Source: Antedon mediterranea (lineage: Eukaryota; Animalia; Echinodermata). From it: a DNA stretch of 64,000 bases. The stretch is taken from contig NC_092678.1 of NCBI RefSeq assembly GCF_964355755.1, positions 1,442,422-1,506,421 of the forward strand, given 5' to 3'. Positions 1-11,367 of this stretch are shown here, one piece after another. The notes under the pieces were generated by a model. The model did no database searches. It worked only from the letters and a program-made list of their open reading frames with translations, and was not told the DNA's origin. How positions within the stretch are numbered: the first letter of the stretch is position 1; each line of letters starts with the position of its first letter. Made by a program: the position numbers and the translations under genes.

Positions 1-528
1 GGGGCTAATTGCAATCGAAGCGAGCAGCTGGATCGCGAATGTTAATGACGAATATATATAGTCATGGAGATATTATACAGTGGAAACCCTGTACTATAGT
101 ACAGGGAGTTCCCACTGTTATATGAATTAGTGTGTATACTCGATCAAAGAAAACTATATTCTGGCGCGGGTAGTGACATTTTTTTTATACATGATCGCGA
201 AAATGTACCTTTCACTTTAAAGGATATTGAAAGTTCAAGTTTCCATTTCTGTCTCAACTGAAAGATATAAAAAATAATAATTGACAATATTAGATAATTT
301 TGAGGATTTTGTTTTTTCTGCTCCTTTAGTTTTACACCTAATTTGAATTTAGTAATAAAGCATTTAAAGTAAAGCCATGCTTGAGTGCATCACCTGATGT
401 GTTATGCAAATTATATGTAAATTAGAACTTTGCATGCTTGAGCAATGTCAGTTCATTTGGCAGGTGAGGCTTGTTGTGCAAGGACACAGTGGAAGTATTA
501 ATGGTTTACAGGAGTTGACACAATTTTG

Positions 529-853
529 CACTGAGGGGCTTACTTAGCCTGGAGTGAACTCAAGCCTGCATTGAGGGACTTACTAAGCCTTGAGTGAACT
601 CAAGCCTGTACTGAGGGGCTTACTAAGCCTGGAGTGAACTCAAGCCTGCATTGAGGGACTTACTAAGCCTTGAGTGAACTCAAGCCTGCATTGAGGGGCT
701 TACTAAGCCTTGAGTTGATACAAGTTTGTACTTAGGGGCTTACTAAGCCTAGAGTGACCTCAAGCCTGCGGCCCTGCATTGAGGGGCTTACTAAGCCTTG
801 AGTTGACACAAGCCTTACTGAGAGGCTTATTAAGCCTGGAGGTGACTCAAGCC
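529..853. repeat. 40-bp minisatellite, ~8 copies
   Basis: Unit ACTCAAGCCTGCATTGAGGG(A/G)CTTACTAAGCCT(T/G)GAGTGA recurs at 558, 598, 638, 678 and onward. Confidence 0.9.
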
Positions 854-3325
854 TAGGTACTTCGAAGCTTGTCTGCAGACGGAGGTAAGTCAATTTTAAG
901 AAATGTAGCTAGTAAGTAATTCCATGAATGTTTTAGTTGCTGTATGATTGCCTTTTAATACAATTAAATAATCTTTTAATAGTCTTTTTTTTAAACAATT
1001 TTTGTAATGAAGAGTGTGGGTGCTGTATTGAAATTACTGGGCATTAGAGTAGGCTAGGTGGAAGTCAAACAAATCTACTACACCCCAGTAGGAGTTTGAC
1101 ATAAATCAAACACATGCTATATGCTAACATGTTATTTGAATGTTGTTCGTTTTATGCAATTTCTTTAGTTAGAAATTATTGATTCTAGAATTTCTGGTTA
1201 ATGCCGAAAAACTGCTCATAACACAAAGGCAATTATAATATACTGCACTGTACTATTATCCATTTCTTATAAAGTGTAGGACTAAATTTATATTAGCCTA
1301 AATTTCATTAAAAACTACTATAGACTTCTAGTTCATTTTTAATTGTAACAATTTCACGATCTGGGGATACACGTTGTAAATTATTTTTTTTAATACTGTA
1401 CATTGAAGAGAAAAGTTAGGCCTGTACTGTAGCGACTGTAGCATGTCCTAGTAAGTTTGGTTGTGGCACCCAACCTAGGCCTACCCATGATGGTGCAGTA
1501 CAGTGCCTGAATAAATGGTTCATTTGTTTGTCTCTCTGCGACTGTATTTTGAACTTTAAATTACCTTTTGATGTTTAACTGCAACAATTAATTGAGTTGT
1601 ATTATCATCTATTCTGTGGCTGGTTACAAGAGTTTCTGCAAAATATAGGGAAAATAATTTTAAAATCATAGTTAATAATATTGTTTCCCAAATTACTTTA
1701 TGCTGTGAATCTACAATATGGTATTATGATGGTTAATAACTGCCGACTGTCTCCTATGTATAATTACTTATGGCCTGGGAGAAAAAAACACCTCATTTTT
1801 TGAGAATGTGATGCTAAACAAGTATTTCGTCTTGTCTCGATACTTAATTGACAACTAAAAATGATTTCACTCCACTTCATTTATTTGATAGTAGTTTGAA
1901 TGGCCTTTGCAGTAGTATTGAAGAATTTCTGCTTTGAAATCAATTATGTCATTAAACCAACAACTTAAGTTCTGAAACATTTTCACTTTATATGCCATTT
2001 AAAAGTGTAGGTTGTAATATGTTTTATAAAATTCAACGTACCACTGATTTTAATTCATTTTTTCAAAATCACAACATACTTCTATGCCAAAAACTGAATG
2101 TTGACGCAGTTCCTGCAAGATAAGAGAAAATAGTATATTAGGTATAACCATGGAGGATTTCCTCCATGGTATAACATACTGTTAAAACCTCGAAAAGAAG
2201 CCCATCTCAAAAAGAAGTAAACTTAAATTATTATTACTTAAAACTTCTAATTTCTGTGGTCAGTTACTTCTTAGTTTATAATTAATTGGTCATTCATAAA
2301 GACATAAGGAAGAAAGTTAAAGGACTGAAATGATTGCAAGAATCTATAAACAACTTTTCAAAAAGAGAAACACGACTTACTTATATTCTATACCTACCAT
2401 TATTATTATAGCAATTGCTTCTACAAATAATAGGCTTTTATAGGCCGCCGAACAAAAAAATATATAATATGATTTTCTCCAAGTTGAAACTAGGCCTAGT
2501 GTATGTAGTGATCCATTTCTTCATATTTTAAAGAGTGTTAAATCAAAGTGGTAGCAGAAAATTCAATGTCAATGACTTGAATTTTAAAAATAAAAACGCC
2601 CTCCATTCCCTGAAATTTACTCAGAGGTTAACCCTTCAAGTATTTTATAAAATATATATATTTTTGGCATTAAATTAAATAAAAATACACTTAAACCTAC
2701 TCATAAAAATGTAGGCTAATAAATGCCAAAATGATCACATCTCAGTTTTATCTTTGTACTTGCTGTGCCTGAAAATATAGAAGGAAAAACGATAGTTAAA
2801 ATTGCCAATGATTATTTGGCCGAAGTTATTTCTTAATTTTGTTAAATAATTTTAGGACAATTTATATGTGCATACAGTCAACCTTTAATTTATTTAAAAT
2901 TGTAGTTATTTTCTATCAATTATGTCATGCATAATAGCCTACCAGGCAGTGTTGAAATGTTTTTGTGGGATTCCCAACTTAGGCCTAGGCCTACTAGCCT
3001 ACGTCGTGGATGGACTAGCCAAACAACAGGGCTTCATCTGGCACTGGTGGTGTCGTACGTACGACGTACGTGTGCATCGTCGATCCAAAATGGAAAGGTG
3101 CCTAGCGAAAATCACCCGATTTATTCTAATTTAAACAAAGTCTACAATAAGTCACAATAATGTTGTGACTTTCAAAGTTTTATATTTTTTATAGATGTAT
3201 CTTATAAAATCAGTAGGCCTATATACTTACTTTTATTATCGTTTTTTATGGTGGAAAATTTTGTTTGCAAGAAGGATCGAAGAGAGAGGGGAGAAAAATC
3301 AGCGCAGACGATCAACAATACCGTG

Positions 3326-3420
3326 ATCTGATTGGTCAATAGTCAGCAAAAAAACTTCGGATCTGCTCGGATTGTCGATCGCATCCGATTTGTCTGAGTT
3401 TCGCATGCGCAGTACGTATT
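3326..3420. promoter_or_regulatory. Probable KLHL12 core promoter (CCAAT box, NRF1-like motif)
   Basis: CTGATTGG at ~3328 and TCGCATGCGCA (NRF1-like) at ~3401-3411 in a locally CpG-rich stretch upstream of the donor at 3642. Confidence 0.45.
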
Positions 3421-4186
3421 ATCGTTTTCTTTTATTGTTTTGTTTAAAGAAAGGCTATTTTGGTTATAAATCGGTTTAAGTGTGGTTAAACTGTTTTTAT
3501 TTTTAAATAAAACGCATAACATCTTCCAAAAGTACATTTTTCTGGGATCTGATATGACAAAATATCCACGTTGGTGGCGCACTTTTTTGTTTATAACGTG
3601 ACTACTGACGCGTGAACTGGCTAGTTGGGGTCTCTAGCTAGGTGAGAATTTAGAAAAATAAACCATCATAAATCATAAATACTGTATTAAGATCAAAAAT
3701 TTGTTTAATATTTGTCAACTTTTGTTATACAGAAAGTTATAAACAAATTAGGTTACACTGTTTGTATGATTAGTTAGGCCTAACTAACATCCAACTAACC
3801 AACCCCCGCCCGGACCTAGCCTCCTCTCTTATATTGAAAGCGTAGTCTAGGCCTAGGCCTCTAGTCTACTACTGGCAAGCAAATTAGTAGACCCGGGCCT
3901 AGAGTAACGAGTCTCTAGCTAGCCTGTACTGTAGTACCAGTAGGTGGTTTGATAGGCCTACTAGAATACAATAGTAATAGTATTCCTATATCAAATGTAT
4001 TCAAAAACTACCGTGATTTCTACTAAATGGTATTTTATATATTTGATTTTATAATAGCATAATACTGTATTTTGTTTCTATCCAGGTCTTAATAGAGGTC
4101 TAAAAGATAACAAAAGAAAGGTGCATTGTCGACTGTTACAATCAATAGCCTCTACGGCGGCACGCTATTCAGTTCAATTTCCAGAA

Positions 4187-7100
4187 ATGGAATCTCCTCA
4201 AAAAGAAACAATGCCATGTTATACCAACTCGCATAGCATGCTTCTTGCCATGAATGATCTAAGAAAACAACGTCTGTTGTGTGACGTCGTGTTTTGTGTT
4301 GACGAGGAAACGTTTCCTGTTCATCGTGTTGTCATGGCAGCCTGCAGTGACTATTTCTGTGCAATGTTGACTGGAGAGGTAAACTATAGTTTAATTTATT
4401 GAATTTTTTAAAATGGTTTAATTTGAAAGTAATAGCTACAGAAACCCCTCTTTTAGAAAAACACCCATTAAGGAGATACTTTCCCGTGAAATGAACAAAC
4501 ATGATTGTTAACACTACACCCAACCAACACTTAATTAACAAATTAATGGGACATTTTGTTGAGTTCCCCTACTTATTAATTTACAATGGCGGTACTAATT
4601 AGACTAATTTGTTTATTTTATTAGATGAGTGAGAGTCAAAGACAACAGGTAGAGTTGAAAGGTTTGAAGGCAAGAACATTGAAGATACTCATAAACTATG
4701 TTTACACTGAAGATATTGAAATTACAGAAGATAATGTACAAGAATTATTACCTGCAGCTTGCCTTTTACAACTCAAAGGTATAAAGCTCTGTCTTCACGA
4801 TCAAACTAGTTTGACCAAAAGAATTGTGATTTGCCAAAATTATGTAGTGATATGACAAACAAAATACGTTTTATCTCTGCAGGTGTGAAGCAGGCCTGCT
4901 GCGATTTCTTGGAGAACCAACTTGATCCAGCAAACTGTCTAGGAATCAAGCACTTTGCCGAGACGCACACATGTTTAGAGCTGATGAAAGCTTCAACGGA
5001 TTACTGCCATCGGCATTTCCAAGCTATGGTGAACAACGAAGAGTTTCTAGGCTTGGATGACAAAGAAATAAAAGAATTTATTGAAAGTGACGATGTTCAT
5101 GTAAGCATCAGGGACCCTGAGGGTAGATGAAAGTTGTGCATGTGTGATATATTAAAATCACTGCACTTTGAGATGTTTATGACTGTATAAAGTGCATTAT
5201 GAATACGTATCCATTATTTTTATCCATTATTCTGTTGTGTAGCGCCATGAGCAATGAATATTGGAATGGCGCTATATAAATCGAACGATTGATTGATTGT
5301 AGCTTGGAATAAGCACTTTAACACATTGACTGCCAAGGCATTTTCCGTAATTTCTGTCCCAGTGCCAAGTCCCGTTTACATATTAAATTACAGTTTGAAA
5401 GTGTAACATCTGGTCACAGACTATCATGATGTCATTCAAAATACGATGGCGGGAAAAACCGTTGAGACGTATAAATACGTCACTGGCAATGGTCCAACAA
5501 TTTTATTGACTTTGCCAGGAACGTAAATATACGTCGGGGATTTTCCGCGCTAAAATCGGTCAAACCTATCATCGAGAGATAAAAACAGTAAACCACACTG
5601 AATCATTTCATCCTTTATTATTTTTATTTACTATTAGCGCAATTTATGACATGTTTGAGATGATTATATTGAGTGTGAGGGCGCCATCGTATCAACCATA
5701 TTCAATGCATGAGGGAATAAACACAAACAAACATATGACATTTATTTTTAGATTATCGTTTACGTACATCATTCATAAACTGCCATGCGATAATTCCTGT
5801 TCCAATCACCACTGCCAGCGATTCTACATACAATACAAAAGTGCTACGATTTTGACGTAGTATTACGTCTTGGCAAGTAGCGACACGCAATTTTTGACGT
5901 ATAAATACGCCGTGGCAGTGAACGTGTTAAAGACTCCCAAATTTCTTTGATTTGACCTGTATTGACATTGTATTTCTATTTAATTAACAGCTAACATCTG
6001 AAGAGATTATGTACGAGGCATTGATGTCATGGACAAGGCACAAGAATGAATGTCGGGTGAAAGTCTTACCACAATTGCTGAGTCATGTCCGACTGCCACT
6101 ACTGACCCCAAAATATTTGACTGACACAATAGATAATGAAGTACGTAAATGGTCGGAATTGAATTGAGTTCAAGTTTCAACACTGTTTTCTTTCTTGCTG
6201 TTCAATACATACATTTCTAGCAAGCAAGCAAATTTAGTTGGAAAAAGTTTAACTATGAGGTTTTGTTTTTTTACACAGCCTTTAATAAAACGAAATCATG
6301 AGTGCAGAGATTTAGTTGATGAAGCGAAGAAGTTCCACCTACGCCCAGAATGTCGTAGCAAGGTAGAAAATGTACGTACCAAGCCCAGGACAGGTTAGTC
6401 ATTCTAATTTCATTTTATATATTTTAATTTTTCTGTTAATTTATGTCTCATTCTGTGAGTGCGTATGTACTACGTACATTTTTTTCTACGTTTATTTTTT
6501 CTTCTTTTGTTGTTTTAGGCTCAGATGAGCGGTTGGTGGTTATAGGAGGCTTTGGCAGTCAACAGATGCCGCTTTCTGCAGTCGAGGAGTACAACCCCAA
6601 AACAGAATCGTGGACTTTTCTTCCTGTGAGTAAACACTATAACAAATTTATGGTATTTACACACAGGGCATTCACGAGAAAAATCGTCATGTTGTCTGTA
6701 GATATTTAAATTCTATATCATATACTTCATTTGCGTAAAGATATTTATCCTAAATCAACTTTAAGGTTTGCGCACACGGCAACACAAATATGCTTCCGAA
6801 AATGAGAACTAAATGTTTAACCTTTTATTTTATTAGGCATTGAATAAAAGTAGGCGGTATATAACAGCGGTGTCTATGAAAGAAAGGTTGTATGTAATAG
6901 GAGGTTATGATGGAACGGCACGGTTACATACTGTGGAATCTTTAAATTATACCAAGGAAGACAATTGGACCAGTATGGCGTCAATGAATGTGAGACGTGG
7001 CCTTGCAGGAGCTACAATCATTAAAGGTAAACTCTAGTACTGAATCATGTATTACATACGACTAATAACTCCACCTTTTGAAAAATTATTTTAACACTAT

Positions 7101-8550
7101 GGCTAACCCTTATTCAGAGGACGCCTCTACTAAAGAGAAACCCCTATTAAAAGGACACTTCTATAAAGAGGACATTTCCATTAAAGGGACATTTCTATTA
7201 AGGAGACTCTTCTATTAAGGGTACACTAATATTAAAGGGACATTTCTATTATGGGGACATTTCTACTAACTGTATTTAAACATTTTTTTCAGATAAAATT
7301 TACGTAGCTGGTGGATTTGATGGTTCTATGCGACACTCTTCAATGGAAAATTACGACCCCCATATAGATCAATGGAATGTTCTTAAAGAAATGGAGACAG
7401 GTCGTGAAGGCGCCGGTCTAGTGTCAACTGGAGGCGTTATGTATTGTATTGGTAGGTTATAATGAAATTGATCATCAAAAAATTTGCTTGGTTGTTAAGA
7501 AGTTTAGTTACCAATCCCAGAGTCTTGTTTGCAGTGTGCTTACGTAGGTACATTATGATTATCCTGCACAAGTTTTCTAAATATATTTTTAATATGAATT
7601 AATTTTATGGTTTATTATCATAGGAGGTTATGATGGTTTTCGAATTCTGAGCTCTGCTGAACGGTTTGACCCAGCTACTGGCCAGTGGGAGCATATTTCC
7701 CCCATGAATGTACCCAGATCAGGTAAGCAATAAATAAATAACAAATAGTTTTCCACACTTTCTATGTAGTAATAGAAGTAAATATTTGTTGTCTAAAGTT
7801 AAAGTTAAGTAATGGGAATAAAAATATAGAATGTTATTCCATTTACACACAACGAACGGGTGGTTTCCGTTCAGGATAGATTCAGATTCCATGTGGAACA
7901 AGCTACACAGTTTTCTGTTTACTGTTACTGCTCGTCTGTGTAGATTGACCTTTAACCTATTCTCTATTTCATTATTTAATTTTTGTACCCTGTTAGTGCA
8001 ACAATAAGATTTAAAAAAAAAAAGAATACTGTAATCTTTTCTTTTATTAGGTGCTGGTGTATCTGTTCTAAACGATTTAATTTATGTCATCGGTGGTTAC
8101 GATGGTAACAGTCATTTGTCCTCGGTGGAATGTTACAATCCACGGACCGACTCGTGGAACCTCGTTGCCAAGATGATTTCACCACGTTGTTACGTAGGTG
8201 CAGTTACAATCAAGGGAAAGCTGTACGCCGTATCGGGGTAAGAATAATTATTTTATTTTAAAGTAATTTGTTTTTTTATTTTGGTTTTTTTTTTCGTGCA
8301 TGGAACATAAAAAGAGATTTTATAGTTTATCACCTGCATGGCTATCGCCCAACCCAACATATTCTAGATGACGTGATCTGTCTCGGTTTAAAGAAAAACA
8401 ATACTTTTTTATTTCTAAAGATATGATGGTTCAAAACTGTTAAATACGGTAGAATGGTATGATCCGTTTGAAAATGCTTGGCAACCGTTAAATGATAAAA
8501 TGGACATGCAACGTTGTGATGCGGGCGTGGCTGTAATCAGGCGATTTTGA
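4187..8550 (+). CDS. KLHL12: Kelch-like protein 12 (BTB-BACK-6xKelch, CUL3 adaptor); 11 coding exons, ~566 aa
   Basis: Exons 4187-4378, 4625-4778, 4883-5100, 5991-6140, 6279-6393, 6519-6625, 6837-7026, 7293-7451, 7624-7722, 8051-8237, 8421-8550. All introns GT-AG and phase-consistent (1701 nt). BTB ([21 protein letters not shown]), BACK ([21 protein letters not shown]), kelch GG-Y/W repeats. GGFGSQQ, REGAGLV and C-terminal QRCDAGV match recalled KLHL12 motifs. Probable non-coding first exon ends at 3641. Confidence 0.92.
5236..5299 (+). mobile_element. L2/CR1-type LINE or SINE 3' tail remnant
   Basis: TAGCGCCATGAG...TGGCGCTATATAAAT stem followed by (GATT)n. Similar tails in reverse at ~17804-17878 and ~37781-37819 ((AAT)n..TATAGCGC). 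Confidence 0.5.
5322..5926. mobile_element. Non-autonomous piggyBac-like DNA transposon (~605 bp) in a KLHL12 intron
   Basis: TTAA on both flanks (5318-5321, 5927-5930). Imperfect TIR CACATTGACTGCCAAGGC / GCCGTGGCAGTGAACGTG. Internal GACGTATAAATACG(T/C)C repeats near both ends. Confidence 0.75.
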
Positions 8551-10929
8551 CAACAATGAATAAATCATTTATGCATCCGAAATATAAATTTTATTCATAT
8601 CTAAATAGTTCACTTTGAATTAGACTTCTTATTTAATGTGAAGAAAATATCTTGTAACCGGACAGGATTCGAACCCAGGCCACAGGATTACTAGGCTAGC
8701 ATTATGCTAATAGTATGGGAGTGCAATTGGCTAGTAAAACAATTCCAGGCTAGTCAGCCAAAGAGAGTGGTATATCATAGAGGATGTCAACTAGCATGTC
8801 ACGTGAGAGGCATTGGTTCATTCATGTCTGTTCCATATTGCTTGTATCGTCAGACAAGATACTTTACCCTCATTTCTTTATTCTTTGGATGGGATATACA
8901 GATGTTGATCCTGTATACAAACATTGTACACGTGTACGATAAATTTAGGGTTGTCTCTTAGTGTGCTGGTCCTACTGCCAGGGACTTTTGAGAGAACAGT
9001 CTTGTATCATAGAGGCCACTATAGGGAAGGCGGTTTGGTTTGACAGACAATTTTGTTCAATTTTAAATATATGTATGTTTTTTTTTTATTTTTCATTTAT
9101 TTTAATTACCATCTTTAAAGAAGATGACTGCTATTATTGGTCCTCTAAGGCATGACTTTCAATTATATATATATTTTTAAAAACAATTTCATATTTATAT
9201 AAATATAATATATTTATTATATAAAACAAAATGTATAAATTCGATTGAATTCGATTGTGTTTAGCTTTGATCACAAAGTTGTTACGAACTGGACATGTAG
9301 TATAATGCCGATTTCATATCATCGGTCACCAGATGTTACCAAATGTTACCAAGTTAACGAAAATAAATAACCAATCAAACACGCTAAATACACCTGACCG
9401 ATGACGTATTCTGTCATCACTTTAGACTTCTTCACCGACCTTAACAAACGCCTCTTATGAAGTGATGACAGTCCTCGTCATTAAACGCTTCTTCACCGAC
9501 TGTGTGGAGATGATACCATGTGGACATAACAAGCCTAACCAATAGAATAAGTTGGAACCGGAAGTTGAAAATCTTGCCTCTAATTTTCCATGATTAAATA
9601 TTTCCTTCAAAACAACTTACCGTCATTAAATAAACGTTACTTAAAATTGTGCGTGATGTGTTTGTGGTTAAATCGCATCTGAGTCCTATGCATAAAAATA
9701 GTACTTTTTATTCGATATAAAACAAAAACAAGCAGCTGGATTTAGTTACCACTGGTTTCGCGTATGTATGTATCGTAACAAAATATTTGTACAAGCAGAA
9801 TTGTGTGCTTGTTAATCCAATGTCCTAAAGGAGCTATCGATAATTCGACATGTACGTACATATTAACCATATTTCCTCGAAATGCACATTCGATGATTCG
9901 AATCGGGTCCAACGAAGCATTAGGGACAGCGCCAAATTATCCACCTGCATCGATTGTATTTATTCGAATGTATAACATATGCAATTTATTTGTTCGTTTT
10001 TTGCAAATGGTATGAAACATTAAAACGGACATGTTTACGATAAAGATGTTATTTACTACACCTGTAACCGCTCTCTATTGCAATGTTGGGCTTATTTTTA
10101 TTTTCACACCAGCTTACAGATATGACTCCTCAAGTACAGGATAGATAGGAAACTAGTGCTTTTATAAGGCCACGTATTGGCGTTGTATTAGGCATCAGGA
10201 TTTGAACCAAGACTTTGGGATTAGTAGGCTAAGCAATCAACATGTCAACCACGATCAGTACCACTACACAAATATGCAAACAAATAAACTAAATAAAACA
10301 TGTATTTTTCAGTATTTTTTTATTTGAAATAAAACACGTATCATAGTGCGCAGAAACCTCAAAATGTGCGTGATTTCTATCTGTCTACACTATAAAAAAA
10401 AGTGTGATGTGCCCATATATGGTAGTGATATGCCCAAACACGGTAGTGATATGCCCAAACACGGTAGTGATATTACATCATCATGTCCATATGGCATATC
10501 ATTTTGTCACTTTAAGTTTGAAATAGGCCTATACCAACCTTATCGATATTGTATTTTCTTGGTCACGTAAAAACACCATTATAATTAAGTTAAAAGACAA
10601 AATAAGAATAAATACTTTTACACTTTTATATACAATTTGAAACATCTGAAAAGGAATAACAACATATTTGATCCCCTCTATCAAACAAAAAAATGGTTAA
10701 AAAAATTTATAAAAACCTCTTTAAAAAATACTCATGATTACATATACTTTGCCATAGCCGCCATAAATGTTCGGAAAGTTTGGAAACGTTTAATTTATCC
10801 CCTGAATAGGGGTTGGTCGTGGCGTTAAACCTATATTTCCCCATTCGTTTAACAGTAAATGTCACTAAAATAAATGTGTTTCCATGGTATCCCAAAAGAG
10901 TTCGAATGTATTTTAAATCTATGATCTAA

Positions 10930-11080
10930 AGCTCTGTCTACACTATCAAACTTTATGTGACAAAAAATGTGATGAGACAATATATGGACATGATGATGCC
11001 ATATCACCACTACCATATTTGAGCATATCATTACCATAGTTGGGCACATCACTTTTTAGTTTGACAGTGTAGACAGAGCT
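10930..11080. mobile_element. Harbinger/Tourist-like MITE family A (representative copy)
   Basis: TIR AGCTCTGTCTACACT(A/G)TCAAACT with TAA on both flanks. Further full or partial copies at ~10378, 26061, 29369, 37266, 37822, 40048, 46582, 57508, 58990-59470, 59763, 60106, 61463. Confidence 0.8.
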
Positions 11081-11367
11081 TAAAGAAAAGTAAGATTGAA
11101 AACCAGACAGCATAGCTCTTTAGTGTTATAAAAACAAAATAAAATTTCTTTCTCTTGCTAGAACTACTTTAAAACATTACATCAAGAATACATTGGGGCA
11201 ATCAGACTAATCCTCACTAAGTCTACGACCCAATAAGATTAGTGCAAATCCACTTCACGTGTTTATTTGTCAGGACTGTTTAATGTTTCCATGGATACCA
11301 CACGCGGATCATTTATGTAGTCGTTAGGTACATTTTTATCGGTTCGAAAACTAGGTTCCTGTGTTTA

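Noticed and set aside
2922-3582. Short ORFs around the KLHL12 promoter
   Set aside because: No recognisable domains, and lengths are as expected by chance.
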